Shown piece after piece: positions 9,119 through 20,467 of a DNA stretch of 38,677 bases. The notes beneath the pieces were generated by a model. That model did no database searches and had not been told where the DNA came from. It saw nothing but the letters and a program-made list of their open reading frames with translations. The stretch lies in the IMG/VR virus record IMGVR_UViG_3300045988_139913. One strand, written 5' to 3'. The position numbers were made by a program, and so were the translations under genes. Source of the stretch: a virus. Taxonomy: Duplodnaviria > Heunggongvirae > Uroviricota > Caudoviricetes. Within the stretch, counting starts at the first letter, position 1. The number at the start of each line of letters is the position of its first letter.

Positions 9119-9708
9119 TGCATTGGCCCCGTGGTTCCGCCGCTGTCGCCACGGTGGATATGCTTATCCGTCGATTTGCCATTGATGATGGCATCCGGGG
9201 CAGTAATATTGCTGTCGAACTGGCTTTTACCTTTAACGCCCAGACCTTTCTGGATCTCAACGTCGCCGGTAAACGTGGTTCTGGGTGTGTCAACTGTCAT
9301 ACTTTCATCAGCGTAAACCTCAACCGTTTTACAGGTAATGATGCAGCGTCCGTCCTTTGTCAGCCTGATACGATGCCCCTCGTGGTGGTAAATGCCTGCA
9401 TCACCCGGTTCAAGATTTGTCGGGCGGTAGCGGCGGTCTTCCACCACAACAGCAATCCCCTGATCACGTTGTGCGCCCACACAGGCAATCAGCGCCTCTG
9501 CTCCCGGCAGGGGAACGCTGAAATGCCCGTAATTTTGCAGGCGCTCCACTTCATCAGATTCCTCATCATCCAGCAGGCCGACCTGCAGGTTCTGAACCTT
9601 TCGCCCGTCGTTAATCACGTTAACAACAGCGCGCGCAAGCATCAGGCGCACACGACGCATCAGCGGCATCAGCAGGCGGTTCAGGGCGGAATCATTTACT
9701 CTTTCCAC
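9115..9708 (-). CDS. V: Baseplate assembly/spike protein
   Basis: 197 aa; Mu order Q-V-W. Confidence 0.75.
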   Translation of the reverse strand: MERVNDSALNRLLMPLMRRVRLMLARAVVNVINDGRKVQNLQVGLLDDEESDEVERLQNYGHFSVPLPGAEALIACVGAQRDQGIAVVVEDRRYRPTNLEPGDAGIYHHEGHRIRLTKDGRCIITCKTVEVYADESMTVDTPRTTFTGDVEIQKGLGVKGKSQFDSNITAPDAIINGKSTDKHIHRGDSGGTTGPMQ

Positions 9709-10835
9709 GGCGGCGTTTTCTCCGGGTGTCTGCGATAATAATCTTCAACCAGCGCATCAATACCGCCGTTACTGTCGTCGCCTTTCCTGTTTTTACGGTC
9801 GCTTTCAACCGGCACCAGAAAGCCTTCGCGTGGTGCAAGGCTGACGCGGGTTTTCAGCCCGTCCTGGTCATTCAGTATCAGGGTGACTTTGCTGACCAGT
9901 AATTCTGTGGTTTTGATGGCATATTTCGATGCATCAATAGTGACCAGCAGGTTCGGCATCCAGAGTTGCCCGTCCTTGCGTGTCCATCCGTCAATTTCTG
10001 CCTCAAAGGTGATGGATTTTGCCAGTCTGCGGCGTTGCTCACGCAGGGCGCGGGCCTGTGCATCCTTCGCCGTAATTTTGCTGTCGGCAATGATGATCAT
10101 CGGTCTGTAACGGGTCACATTACTGTCAGTGGCGGTCCCTTTCCGGGAGACGATACTTTTCGCATCAATATCATCACCCTCAGCACCGTTTGCGCGGGCA
10201 TACCCCTTGACGGTGTATTCGCTGAACCGGTCGCGGAAGTCTTCCTCAAAATCCAGTGTCAGCAGATTTTCTCCGAGAACCAGCTCATCAGTGGCTGTGC
10301 TGGCAGCCCGGCTGAATACCAGCTCTCCTGCGGCATTGCTGGTCATCAGTACACCGCGTGCGCGGGAGGCACGCACCAGCGCCTCATAAACGGTTTCTGA
10401 ATGGTCCAGCGTGAAGCCGGGAAAAGCTGCCGAACTTTCCTTATCGGAAAGCTCCCAGCGAACGGTAACGCCATAAGGAGCGCACAGGTCACGCGCAATC
10501 TGTTCCAGTGTGCGGTTTTTCCACTGCCCGCCACTGTAAACGGCAGCACAGTCAATCAGGTCAGCCGTTTTGTCACGTCCGGCGACAGTGATTTTCATAC
10601 TGTCAGCGGTCATCTGGCGTCGCCGTGAATCGATATAACCGGTGCAGACAATCTGCCCCTCGATTTCGAGCGTGAACTTCTTCCCCGGTGCCAGCCCGGA
10701 TAAATCCGTGCCCGGTGGCACGTTCACCCCCAGCTCAAAATATCCGGCTACGGATTCAATCGAGCGGGTGACAGAGACTGACGTCCAGCCGGTAAAAAGC
10801 CTGCCATCCGTTCGCAGCGTGACGGTATTACTCAT
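9696..10835 (-). CDS. Q: Baseplate hub / tail protein (Mu gp44-like)
   Basis: 379 aa downstream of P. Confidence 0.75.
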   Translation of the reverse strand: MSNTVTLRTDGRLFTGWTSVSVTRSIESVAGYFELGVNVPPGTDLSGLAPGKKFTLEIEGQIVCTGYIDSRRRQMTADSMKITVAGRDKTADLIDCAAVYSGGQWKNRTLEQIARDLCAPYGVTVRWELSDKESSAAFPGFTLDHSETVYEALVRASRARGVLMTSNAAGELVFSRAASTATDELVLGENLLTLDFEEDFRDRFSEYTVKGYARANGAEGDDIDAKSIVSRKGTATDSNVTRYRPMIIIADSKITAKDAQARALREQRRRLAKSITFEAEIDGWTRKDGQLWMPNLLVTIDASKYAIKTTELLVSKVTLILNDQDGLKTRVSLAPREGFLVPVESDRKNRKGDDSNGGIDALVEDYYRRHPEKTPPWKE

Positions 10836-12315
10836 TAATCACCTCAATACTGACGCCACCGGGAACAAACAACGGGTTGCTGATACCGTTCCTGCGGGCC
10901 AGCCGTTGCCAGTTCCGGCTGTTTCCTGTGTAACGGTACAGGGCCACCATTGCAGGCATCGTCTCCGGCAGGCGGTGCGTTTCACTGCCCGCCAGTTGCA
11001 GCCCGCGTTTTTCCAGGTCGGCAACAACCAGCAGACGCAGTTGCGTAAGCTGAACGCTGTCTGTCGAAAAGCCCTGCTCAGATGCCGTCAGAATGACGGT
11101 ATCCAGTGCAGCCCCCAGCATGGCGGCTGTTTTTCCGATATCGGACACACTTTCAAATACCGGGGGCGTGGCTGTACCACTGTCTGAAAAGGATACCTGT
11201 GAAAAGCCGCCGTCCGGGGTTATGGCAGTTAACTGTAACTGTCCCTGTGTGACAGTAGCAGATGTGCTGCTGGCCCCGCTGGCTGTGCCGGTTGTGGTGG
11301 ACGGGGCATCCAGTACAGGTGCACGGGCGGCATTATCCATCCGGCGACTGAAATCCAGTGCCGCAGTCAGTGCCTGACTGGCAGCTTCTGCCCGGTATGT
11401 CTGCGCCGCTGCCAGCATGACGTAGTTCAGTGTGGCAATATTTTTTTCTGCAACCGGACTGTTGTACGAGGTTGTGATTGTCCCCTGTCTGCCTGCGGTG
11501 GCGGCATGGCGAGGTTCGAATCGCTGCGCCAGACGGTTCCATGTGGAAAATGCTGTCCGGGTATCGCATAACGATGAAACGCCGGACAGCGCCCCCATCA
11601 GCGAGGAGGCCAGCATGGCAGGCTGGTTAATCAGGCTGGTCACAGAGCCTTTCATCGCAGAAAGCGATCCCATCAGACCGCTGACAGTCTGCGTAACCCC
11701 CAGATTGTCCACCGCATCACTGATATCATCGATGACACCGGTTACAGCTTCCATCACGGCGGTTGCCGCCGCAGTGCCATCTTTTACGGTTTGCCAGACA
11801 GAGGACAGCGTATCTCCCAGAGAACCGGTTACAGCAACGGCCTGTGCAGGTACGGCTGCACTGGTGTCTGTCTCTGCGTCCGGGGCAGTATCCTGCAACG
11901 ACGGATAAACGGTAACGGTGAACGCGTAATAATTCAGTTCATCCGCTTTAGTGCGGCATTCCCATGAATCCACCATGACGTCCACAGTGCCGAAATCAGG
12001 ATGTACCAGCTCACCGCTACCCGGAGCATCAAGAGCATCCATCAGCGCACCCGCTTCATCTCTGGCTGTTTCTGCGTTGCTGTTCAGAATGCAGGCGCTG
12101 AATGTACGGGAGCGAAGCTTTTTCCCCAGGTCATTGACGCCGCCGGTATCACGTAACGGGTACTCGCGTTTAACCAGGCGACGTCCGCCAGCCTGTTTTT
12201 GCTCCTCGATGACGAGAAACGGCACGTTACGGAACGTGCCTTTGCCGGTTGTTTTCTTACCACCGCTGATTTTATCCCGGACAGCATTAACGGCATTTAA
12301 AGCATCTTCAAACAT
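10828..12315 (-). CDS. P: Tail/DNA-circularisation protein (Mu gp43-like)
   Basis: 495 aa immediately after tape-measure gene. Confidence 0.75.
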   Translation of the reverse strand: MFEDALNAVNAVRDKISGGKKTTGKGTFRNVPFLVIEEQKQAGGRRLVKREYPLRDTGGVNDLGKKLRSRTFSACILNSNAETARDEAGALMDALDAPGSGELVHPDFGTVDVMVDSWECRTKADELNYYAFTVTVYPSLQDTAPDAETDTSAAVPAQAVAVTGSLGDTLSSVWQTVKDGTAAATAVMEAVTGVIDDISDAVDNLGVTQTVSGLMGSLSAMKGSVTSLINQPAMLASSLMGALSGVSSLCDTRTAFSTWNRLAQRFEPRHAATAGRQGTITTSYNSPVAEKNIATLNYVMLAAAQTYRAEAASQALTAALDFSRRMDNAARAPVLDAPSTTTGTASGASSTSATVTQGQLQLTAITPDGGFSQVSFSDSGTATPPVFESVSDIGKTAAMLGAALDTVILTASEQGFSTDSVQLTQLRLLVVADLEKRGLQLAGSETHRLPETMPAMVALYRYTGNSRNWQRLARRNGISNPLFVPGGVSIEVINE

Positions 12316-14392
12316 GGTTTTCCCAGCCTGTAATGTAGTTATCGCCCGCGTAAATATTCAGCCCCATACCATCCTCGGTGACACGGGAACTGGCCAGACG
12401 TAACCCCTCGCCAAGTTCGACGCGCAGCGAGGCTTCCGCATTCACTTTTTGTTCCTGCGGTTCCTTATCCGGGGCCGTCCATTTCTGATACAGGTCGGTT
12501 ACAAAACCGCCCAGATACTCCCCGGCGACACTGCCCAGCGTGGCACCGGCAACCGTACCCAGCGGTCCGGCAAGGCTGCCAACGGCACCGCCGAGCCATG
12601 CACCGGCTGTACTGCCAATTGCACCTGCTTTTTCATGGGTTGACGCCTGCTCATCCATCAGGACGGGGGCAAGCTGGAGTGCCCCCATTACCGGGCCACC
12701 CAGACGTGACAACGCACGACCGGCACCTTTCCCCATCCAGCCCAGCGCCCCGGCACCTTTTGTCACAACCCGACCGATCGCACTGCCTGCAAGTTTGTTT
12801 CCGATACCGGAAAACCACCCGCCAACAGCACGCCCGGCATCAGCCAGCTTTCCGACCGTTCCCGTAACCAGTTGCCCGGCAGCACTGCCTGCAAGCCTGC
12901 TCAGAAGACCGGATTTACCGGGTAAAGGTAATGGTGCAGGCCGTGCTGTTACCGGTACGCCGGGTGGGGGTAATGCCAGTACAGGGCGTGGTGCAGGTAA
13001 TGCCAGCGGCTGTGGCCCGGACAGCAATAACGGCTGGCGGGGTAACAGCGGGGCCATTCTTCCGCCGCTCCGTCCGCGACGACCGCCGCCACTCCCGTAG
13101 CCACCAAATCCACGGGGCCAGTTGATGACAAACACACGCTGAATGCCGATACCCTGCAACAGCGTCTCAGACGTCATGGCATCCGGGACCGGCAGACCTG
13201 CCTGCCCACGTTTGCGGTTTCGCATCCAGCGCCACATACGACGCCCGGTTTTAAACGGATAACTGGCAACCTGCCATGAGGGTTTTGCCACGGCCCAGCC
13301 TGCTCTCAGGGCTTTATTGGCAAGCCAGACAGACACCAGAACAGCAGCCAGTTTTTTCAGGCTGACAATATTCTGGTCAACCCATGCCAGCGCATCTTTA
13401 CCCGGTTTCAGCCAGCGCCATAATTCCTGCGCCGCGATTTTTACCGTTCTGAACGTGGTCAGAAATTTCTGACCAATGTTTTCTGCCAGTGCGTCAAGTT
13501 CCCCGGATTTATCCGCCATGTCGTGCCAGTTAAGCACCCGGCGCATCTCGTTCTTGATTTCTTCAAAGGGGCCGCTGTTTGCCACCTTTATGCGAAATTC
13601 AAGCAGGTTAGCTTCCATCTGGGCGAACATCCCGTCCCAGGAGTTCATCGCACTGGCCTGTGCACCTTTTGACTGTTCTGACAGCGTTCTGAATACCGTC
13701 AGAATGGATTTCAGACCCAGCTTGCCTTTTTCACCTTGTTTGCGGATATCCTTAACGTCTTTACCCAGTGCATCCGCCAGCGTCTGGTAAACGTTAATAC
13801 CGTAACCGGTCAGCAGGTTGGCATCCGCCGCTGTGATTTGCTGGCGGGCAAACATCTGTTTCAGTTGCAGTGAGGCACCCTGTGCAGTTGGTAAATCCCA
13901 GCCGTGCATGGCCCCCTGATCCTGCAACATGGTGATGAACTGTTTCGTCTGTTCATCCGTCATGCCGAAGCCTTTCGACGAACGGATCTCATCAAGAACA
14001 CCACTCAGCCCCCACGTGGTGTCCTTCGCGTTCTGCTTCGCCCAGGCCATCATGGCCTGCGCTCTGACCTTATCGCCGTGATACAGCGAGTTCATGGCGA
14101 TGATCTGCTGCTCACGCTGGGCGGCTGCACCAATAAACAGTTTATTGGCGGTGTAACCCACGCCAGCGATACCCAGCGCCCCGGCTGACAGCATTCGGAA
14201 TGTACGGGTTGACAGAGAACCCATTCTGTCAATGGCACCAGAAACGCGCACAACCTCCATACGCAGGGCACGAAGGGAACTTTGTCCGCTACGGGACAGG
14301 GCGTTTATCTGGTTCGAATACTGGCGGGAACGCCGGGAAAGATTGCCATTAAGATCAATAATGACAGACGCCTTTAAGCGTTTCCCGGTCAT
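12308..14392 (-). CDS. N: Tail tape-measure protein
   Basis: 694 aa, longest tail gene, Gly/Pro-rich low-complexity core, located between chaperone-like Y and P. Confidence 0.85.
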   Translation of the reverse strand: MTGKRLKASVIIDLNGNLSRRSRQYSNQINALSRSGQSSLRALRMEVVRVSGAIDRMGSLSTRTFRMLSAGALGIAGVGYTANKLFIGAAAQREQQIIAMNSLYHGDKVRAQAMMAWAKQNAKDTTWGLSGVLDEIRSSKGFGMTDEQTKQFITMLQDQGAMHGWDLPTAQGASLQLKQMFARQQITAADANLLTGYGINVYQTLADALGKDVKDIRKQGEKGKLGLKSILTVFRTLSEQSKGAQASAMNSWDGMFAQMEANLLEFRIKVANSGPFEEIKNEMRRVLNWHDMADKSGELDALAENIGQKFLTTFRTVKIAAQELWRWLKPGKDALAWVDQNIVSLKKLAAVLVSVWLANKALRAGWAVAKPSWQVASYPFKTGRRMWRWMRNRKRGQAGLPVPDAMTSETLLQGIGIQRVFVINWPRGFGGYGSGGGRRGRSGGRMAPLLPRQPLLLSGPQPLALPAPRPVLALPPPGVPVTARPAPLPLPGKSGLLSRLAGSAAGQLVTGTVGKLADAGRAVGGWFSGIGNKLAGSAIGRVVTKGAGALGWMGKGAGRALSRLGGPVMGALQLAPVLMDEQASTHEKAGAIGSTAGAWLGGAVGSLAGPLGTVAGATLGSVAGEYLGGFVTDLYQKWTAPDKEPQEQKVNAEASLRVELGEGLRLASSRVTEDGMGLNIYAGDNYITGWENHV

Positions 14393-14536
14393 AGAGATTT
14401 CCTGATTTAACGGTGATATTGAGAGAGGGTTTTAGCCTGCTGGCAGTGCCGGAAAAAGCGGGACAGCGGAAGGGATAAGGCCCATTCCGGGCCACTTTTC
14501 AGAATAACGCCAATCGCTGTCGCCGCTTTCTCAATA

Positions 14537-14971
14537 TCATTCCGGCACCGCAGCCACTCGCCCCCGTTCTTGCGTCAGCGATGCCGCCACAGCCATGTCG
14601 TACATTTCTGTGGCCAGCGACAGACGCTGGAAGTCATCGACAGACAGCTTACGAATCAGCGCCATCGACAACGGGCCTTTGATGCAGCCCACGCTGGCAA
14701 TCTGTCGGCGCAGCATTTCCAGTCCCATCCGGGACGGGGAACTGACCAGCACCGGACCTTCCTTGCTCATTACCAGCTTTTCAGCAGCCGCCTGTGCATC
14801 AATCATATCGCCTGCGGTCAGTTCACGCAGTGTCACGTCATACTGCATTTCAGTCTCGTCACCGGTGCCGAACGGCAGGCCGTCTTTCAGTTTCAGCACG
14901 CCGGACTGAATTTCTGCCACAATGCTGTCATGCAGTTCCTGTGCTTCAGGACCTAAATTCATTTCGTCCAT
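14537..14971 (-). CDS. Y: Tail assembly chaperone-like protein (Mu gp41-like)
   Basis: 144 aa, between tail tube and tape measure. Confidence 0.7.
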   Translation of the reverse strand: MDEMNLGPEAQELHDSIVAEIQSGVLKLKDGLPFGTGDETEMQYDVTLRELTAGDMIDAQAAAEKLVMSKEGPVLVSSPSRMGLEMLRRQIASVGCIKGPLSMALIRKLSVDDFQRLSLATEMYDMAVAASLTQERGRVAAVPE

Positions 14972-14980
14972 TGTTTCCCC

Positions 14981-15337
14981 TTATGCAATGCGTTTGCTTT
15001 GTTTTGCCATCAGTACCAGCGAAATTTCGCCGCCGTCGTTTTTCGGTTCATCTGCCTGCCAGGCATTCGCCATCATCCAGGTTTCACCGGTGTCTGCCTG
15101 AAACTCTGCCGTGATATTTTCCCAGCCGATGATTTCATCCAGACCGATATCACCACCGCCCGGAATTTTGCATTCCAGCTTTGCGGCACGTGGTTTACCT
15201 TTCCAGCCATAAACCCGCGAGCCGGTCACTTCTTCACGGGTGATGCCGGAAGGTGTGAAGGAGGCCCCTTCCATCGTTTCAAGCTCCATGCCATTGACAC
15301 GGATGAACGCCACCCCCTGACGCTGATTTCCAGCCAT
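14981..15337 (-). CDS. M: Tail tube protein
   Basis: 118 aa directly after sheath gene. Confidence 0.8.
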   Translation of the reverse strand: MAGNQRQGVAFIRVNGMELETMEGASFTPSGITREEVTGSRVYGWKGKPRAAKLECKIPGGGDIGLDEIIGWENITAEFQADTGETWMMANAWQADEPKNDGGEISLVLMAKQSKRIA

Positions 15338-15346
15338 AAATGCTCC

Positions 15347-16834
15347 TTACAGAATGAACTGAACTTGTGCCGCGAAAATGCGGAACTGGTTAATCAGATT
15401 CGGGCCGCACAGCACATCAAGACGGTCTTTGTCGTCCTTGTTACGTGCCACATACAGCTCCTCTTTGAACGTGTCGAAATCCTCGACCAGTCCGGCGTTT
15501 TCCCATTCTTCAAACAGTGCCAGCAGTTCCGTTTTGATCACGGATGGCGTCACCACGGCCTGACCGGTGGCAAAGCGGGTGCCATCACTTGCCAGCTTGT
15601 AGTTCGGGAATTTCTGCGTGATGCGGGTTCGCAGCGAATAACGCAGATAACTCAGCGTGGCGATGGTATTCACGTTCAGATAAGACGGATCACTGTCACC
15701 GTACTTGTTTGTGCGGTACATCGTGATCATGCGTTCAATCTGCATTTCACCACCATCATTCACGTTAAACGTGGAGATGCCGTCAAACAGCAGCGCATTA
15801 CGTTCTGACCAGGTAAAACGATCCCCCACCGCAGGCGGCATTCTTCCGGGCAACGTCAGCGTCTGGAGCGGACGCGCCGGGTCGATGGAAAGCGCCTGGC
15901 TGGCAACGGCACACAGTGTGGCGGCGTACAGATATGACGGTTCCGGTGCACCGGCAATCCCCATACAGGAGATCAGATGGTCATTACGACTGACACCAAA
16001 CGTAGAAATATCCCCATACGTGCCGGACAGCACTGTCACGGCAAAACCATCAGCCTGATTGACCGGTCCCCAGCGTTCCTGCAATTCAGTGCGTAACAGA
16101 TTCAGGTTCGGTTCATCGGTATAGGGCATCACAATATATTTGTATTGCAGATCGCCCATTCCCGCGATACTTGCGCTGATATCCGGGTTGCCATTTTTCC
16201 CGGAGGCGGCTTTGAATGCCGTGATAATCCCGTAAGGGGTGGTTTCACCCGCGTAATAGTTCCAGCGCACGTCCACGGCAGATAATGCACCCGTAAATTT
16301 TGCACTCAGAACCACATCTGCATGGGTGTCATCATCTCCGCTGTCTGCGCGAACTTCTGCCGTCACCGGTAAATCCGGCTGGCCTTTGATTCGGGCAACC
16401 AGCAGGTCAGCCAGCGCCGCTCCCGTTGCACCTGCTGCGACAGATACCGCCAGTCGCTGACCGGCAATGTAAGTCACAAGCGAGCCGTTTTCGCCTGCCG
16501 TTCCTGACAGTGAAATTTCACCGACAGCAGCATTACCGGTGCCGTTCCCCTGCGGAATACACCACAGCTCCGCCACGCGGTTAGCGTTCAGGAATGCATC
16601 TGCCATCAGTGCCAGCATGGAACCCTGACCAAACGCCGCACTGGCCTGTGAGCCGGAACGGATACGGACAGGCACGTTTGGTGCCGCACTGGCTTTACTT
16701 CCGCTTTGCCCGAACATCAGCACGCGCTGACGGGGTGCCGGTGTTCCGCTGACGGCATTACTGTTATCAAATTCGATATACGTCAGAGGAACGCGAACAT
16801 CTGACGGGATCGCGTTAAATGAAATATCGCTCAT
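15347..16834 (-). CDS. L: Contractile tail sheath protein
   Basis: 495 aa; size and position as Mu gpL. Confidence 0.85.
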
Positions 16835-17037
16835 TTCGATTTACTCCGTTTTTTCGGCGCAGCGTCGGTATCATCCGCCGTGTTTTCGGTGTTCCCGACT
16901 TCAACCACATCACCGGCTGCAAGGCGACGTATCCAGAAACTGTTACGGGGCTTTTCTTCTCCCTCCGGAGCCAGTAATTTCATCGTGAGCGGGTCACGGA
17001 TGGCTTTTCCCGCTGCGGGTTTAATTTTCAGCATCAT
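16831..17037 (-). CDS. Small protein (Mu gp38-like)
   Basis: 68 aa, translationally coupled between K and L. Confidence 0.55.
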
Positions 17038-17569
17038 GATCCTTTTCCTGATTCACATTGATATGTGCGGCAAATTCCGGGGTTTCGTCCGGGAATTTCC
17101 AGGTCTGCCAGTGACGCTCGTAATCATCCAGCGAATCCATGTCCACCACGGACGGCAGCGGGGTAGTGCCACTGAACAGAACGCCGTAAAGCACCACACC
17201 GGCATTGATACGGTTGTCGTCACAAAGATTTCTGACCTGCGTCAGTCTCATCCCGGTGGTCGGGCCAAACGTCTGACCGTTAACACCGGCAATCAGTCGC
17301 TCCACAATCTGATAAATACCGGGCCGGTTTACCTGTTCCCCGTTCAGCAACTCCGCCACGACAAAAAATGCCCAGCGACTTTCAACTTCCCGACGCGTAC
17401 GCCCCTCACCACAGCCCATCCATGCCAGAAATACCGATGGCGGGGCCAGAAAGAGACGGTGCACATCCTCGTTAGTCCATGTGCCGGTAAGGGGTTCCAC
17501 CTGCCGCAGGGTTGCCCCAAACAACTCACGAACGCGCGCCAGCAGTGCGGCTTCGGTTTCTTCCAGCAT
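17021..17569 (-). CDS. K: Head-tail completion/neck protein (Mu gp37-like)
   Basis: 182 aa, Mu order J-K. Confidence 0.7.
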   Translation of the reverse strand: MLEETEAALLARVRELFGATLRQVEPLTGTWTNEDVHRLFLAPPSVFLAWMGCGEGRTRREVESRWAFFVVAELLNGEQVNRPGIYQIVERLIAGVNGQTFGPTTGMRLTQVRNLCDDNRINAGVVLYGVLFSGTTPLPSVVDMDSLDDYERHWQTWKFPDETPEFAAHINVNQEKDHDAEN

Positions 17570-17994
17570 CAGATAAACCCCTTCTGTTTTCGTGAGAAGA
17601 CCGGCGCGTCAGACTGCACCTGCACAAGGTTTTCACCATCCGGCGAGGCTGCCGTCCTGCTTTCCACGCCGGGATCTGTTTTGCCATCGCGCACCTGTTC
17701 CAGCCAGCGCACTGTGTCCCTGTAGGCAGCGGTGATCTGCTCGGTGGGTTGTGATTCATTCAGATAAAACCAGGCCACCACGCAACACTGCCGTTTCAGC
17801 AGTGAGGGGACGACGGTAAGCGGCAGAACAAAGCGCGCGGCGAGATAGCCATCAATAAAGGCCGAGGCATCTGCCAGTGCCTGTTCTGCCACGGCATCAT
17901 CCGGCTGCCCGTCCGCTGTTTTAGGGCGGGTGAGAATATCCAGCCGCGTACGTGTATAGCGGGCGCACAGGTCATTTACCGTCGCGTAATTCAT
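17569..17994 (-). CDS. J: Head completion protein (Mu gp36-like)
   Basis: 141 aa, Mu order. Confidence 0.7.
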   Translation of the reverse strand: MNYATVNDLCARYTRTRLDILTRPKTADGQPDDAVAEQALADASAFIDGYLAARFVLPLTVVPSLLKRQCCVVAWFYLNESQPTEQITAAYRDTVRWLEQVRDGKTDPGVESRTAASPDGENLVQVQSDAPVFSRKQKGFI

Positions 17995-18401
17995 GCATCC
18001 GCCTCAGCCAGCGCCGCTTTGATTTGCGCACTGCTCACCGGTTCCCCCAGCGCCGCACTGACGGCTTTCACTTTGGGTTCTCCCCCTGCGGTAAAGTGCT
18101 CCGGGTTTGCCTTATCCAGACCGGCAACGGTCGCACGGATACGGGTATTCAGATCGCCCACACCCAGAACGTCCAGCCCCCCAGCCTCAGCGAGCGTTTC
18201 TGCTGACGATGCAGATACCACAGACAGCACGCTGTCGGCACGAATGATCGCCAGTTGTTCTTCGGTGACTTCCACGGTGTTTTCACCACGTGTAAAGGCG
18301 ATTCCGGCGCGGCGGTAGACCGGACGAAGGCATTTAATAATCGCCGTGCAAGTGATGCGAGAAGTGTCCAGCCGTTGTGAATTAAGCGAAGTGCCTGACA
18401 T
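17991..18401 (-). CDS. Conserved head-region protein (Mu gp35-like)
   Basis: 136 aa, strong RBS AAGGAGGAG, directly after major head gene. Confidence 0.65.
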   Translation of the reverse strand: MSGTSLNSQRLDTSRITCTAIIKCLRPVYRRAGIAFTRGENTVEVTEEQLAIIRADSVLSVVSASSAETLAEAGGLDVLGVGDLNTRIRATVAGLDKANPEHFTAGGEPKVKAVSAALGEPVSSAQIKAALAEADA

Positions 18402-18433
18402 AACACATGCTCCTCCTTTTCCTTTAAATCAGG

Positions 18434-18461
18434 TTAAAAGGCGGCCTGAACCGCCTTTTAA
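18434..18461 (-). terminator. Perfect palindromic stem-loop immediately downstream of major head gene T
   Basis: TTAAAAGGCGG-CCTGAA-CCGCCTTTTAA in the 66-bp T/gp35 gap. Confidence 0.45.
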
Positions 18462-18467
18462 CGACGG

Positions 18468-19385
18468 TTACAGGTAGTCAGCGACAACCAGTTGCAGCTT
18501 GCCCTTCATCTCGTTGGAGACGGTGGTATTGCCATCCGCGAACAGTTCACGGTTAAGCAGTTGCTCTGCGGCTTTTTCCAGTCCGACCGGTACAACGATA
18601 TGCGTCGGCTTCAGGCCCAGCTTCTTACCGCCATCACCTTCAAAAGAGCGCATCAGTTGCCAGCCCTTCCAGAGGTTATCCAGCGTCAGATCGCCTTTTA
18701 TCGCGACAGCCATCTGCCAGAAGCCGTAACCGGCAGCACGGCGGGCGCTGGCACCAAACAGGAACTCGTTATCCATAAAAACGTGGTCGTCATCGATACG
18801 GGTACGTGCGACCAGCTCCGGTTTGCGGCGCTCCTGGAAAATCAGCGGTTTGACTGCGCGGGAGCAGTCCAGCAGATAGAACGGCAGACCGCTGAAGCTG
18901 TCCTGCTCAACGATGTTGGAGGTATTAACCGCGCTGCCCGTGCCGTCCACATTCGGATATACCGGATGCTCCTTGTCGAAGAAGTTCTGACCGTCATAGC
19001 ACGGCTGGGTAAAGCCATCTTTCAGAAGTTTAAAAATCAGCTCATCCGGCTGAACTGCCGCAGAACGGCCCATCTCCTGAAAAATCGGCGCATAAATACC
19101 CAGATTGTCATCCTCGAAGTCATCACGGGAAATACCCACGGTGCCTTCAAACGTTTTATTGGCGATGGAGTAGCCATGCGCTTCCATTTGCTGAATGGTT
19201 CGCTTACCCACCCATTCTTTCAGGGTCGGGAATTTACCCAGCCAGCCATAGGTATTACTGCGGGTGGAAGAGTTCACCACCATTGCAATTTTGTTGTACT
19301 GCGACGGGGCGTCTTCAAGACCGCCCTGAAAATCCTTACGCCAGGAGGTCATCAGGGCTTTAATGGATGCCGGGGTGACAATCAT
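18468..19385 (-). CDS. T: Major head (capsid) protein
   Basis: 305 aa; size and position as Mu gpT. Confidence 0.85.
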   Translation of the reverse strand: MIVTPASIKALMTSWRKDFQGGLEDAPSQYNKIAMVVNSSTRSNTYGWLGKFPTLKEWVGKRTIQQMEAHGYSIANKTFEGTVGISRDDFEDDNLGIYAPIFQEMGRSAAVQPDELIFKLLKDGFTQPCYDGQNFFDKEHPVYPNVDGTGSAVNTSNIVEQDSFSGLPFYLLDCSRAVKPLIFQERRKPELVARTRIDDDHVFMDNEFLFGASARRAAGYGFWQMAVAIKGDLTLDNLWKGWQLMRSFEGDGGKKLGLKPTHIVVPVGLEKAAEQLLNRELFADGNTTVSNEMKGKLQLVVADYL

Positions 19386-20467
19386 TTTTCTTGTTCCTGT
19401 TTCATTTTCAGATACTCAGCCTCTGTAATGCCGAGCGCCTTCACTGCTGCCTGTTCATCAGCAGACAGCACCGCCACCGCCGTTTTTTCCTGCGACGGGA
19501 TTTTCGCTGTGGTGGTCTGCATGGCAGATAACGCAGCGATAGGCTGTTTTTTCTCAAGCTGTGCCGACAGTGCCGCCACGCCAATCTGACCGCCAAGCTG
19601 TTCCAGATAGGTACGTTCGCTTTTGAAAATGCGGCCTTCCTGTTCCGCCTTGTCCAGAACGGCGCTCAGGCTGGCTGTGGCGCTTTGTGCAGTCGCCTGT
19701 GCCAGTTCATCACGCAGGGCGTTGTAGCTTTCCACCGGGACGTATTTCGTCAGGTCAACGGCGGCTTTCTGTGCCTTTTCCAGTTCGGCAGACAACGCCG
19801 CCACTTTTCCGGCATCTGTTTCGAGCGCATCAAGCGCACTCAGGGCCGCGCTGGCCTGTTCATCGGTGATGTCTGCATTTTCGGGGACCGTCACCCCAAG
19901 ACGCGCAAGCAGCTTGCGCAGCGTTTCATTCATGGGTTTGTTCTCCTGTTGAAGGATGTCGGGAAGGTCTGCCGCCAGTGCGGTCAGCTTTTTCATGCCG
20001 GTGGCACCGGGGTCATTGGTCAGCGCAGCAAGGCGGATTTGCAGCACTGCACCGGTGGCGGTGTCATACGGAAAAACCGCAGAGAGATAACCAAATTCGC
20101 CGTCATCGATGCGCTGCTGGGCCGCCGCCGTCCAGCGTGGGTGGATAAATAACCCTTCACCTTCACGCCACTGCATTTCATCGGCGTTAAACCAGCCAGC
20201 CGCGACGAGTTGTTCCGGGGGTAATCCTTTGTCCTTACGTAGCTGGTTATGCTCGTAATCAATCAGCACGTCCTGGTTGAGCGCGCGAACGCCTTCAACC
20301 AGACGCCCGGCAATCTCACCGTCGATGAACCACCCCTGACCGTCTGTCACATCAAACGGACGACCATCACGGGCACTGAAATGACCGGCAGGCAATAGCT
20401 GGCACCAGCCGTCATCGTCAATGGACAGCGCACTCAGTGCGGCAATGCCAATCGCGTGTTTTTTCAT
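19382..20467 (-). CDS. I: Head protease/scaffold protein I (scaffold Z expected as nested C-terminal product)
   Basis: 361 aa, Ala/Glu-rich coiled-coil C-terminus, precedes T. Confidence 0.8.
   Translation of the reverse strand: MKKHAIGIAALSALSIDDDGWCQLLPAGHFSARDGRPFDVTDGQGWFIDGEIAGRLVEGVRALNQDVLIDYEHNQLRKDKGLPPEQLVAAGWFNADEMQWREGEGLFIHPRWTAAAQQRIDDGEFGYLSAVFPYDTATGAVLQIRLAALTNDPGATGMKKLTALAADLPDILQQENKPMNETLRKLLARLGVTVPENADITDEQASAALSALDALETDAGKVAALSAELEKAQKAAVDLTKYVPVESYNALRDELAQATAQSATASLSAVLDKAEQEGRIFKSERTYLEQLGGQIGVAALSAQLEKKQPIAALSAMQTTTAKIPSQEKTAVAVLSADEQAAVKALGITEAEYLKMKQEQEK

Noticed and set aside
9118-9738. 206-aa plus-strand ORF (also 9966..10400, 10642..11187, 11432..11908, 11951..12403, 12540..13100)
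   Set aside because: All are antisense to baseplate/tail genes V, Q, P and N, which form an unbroken co-directional operon; products are low-complexity.
14393-14536. Possibility that the Y-N gap is a late promoter for P or an inserted element
   Set aside because: No repeats or mobile-element signatures; the recurring ATAAYCCC motif is absent; a start-less open frame fits a chaperone extension better (reported as a tentative finding instead).
14999-15808. 269-aa plus-strand ORF
   Set aside because: Antisense to tail tube/sheath genes M and L; no RBS; typical spurious long ORF opposite a highly expressed gene.
18492-19589. 365-aa plus-strand ORF
   Set aside because: Lies entirely antisense to the major head gene T and gene I; composition is low-complexity (Ala/Arg/Gly-rich) as expected for a spurious frame in GC-rich coding DNA.
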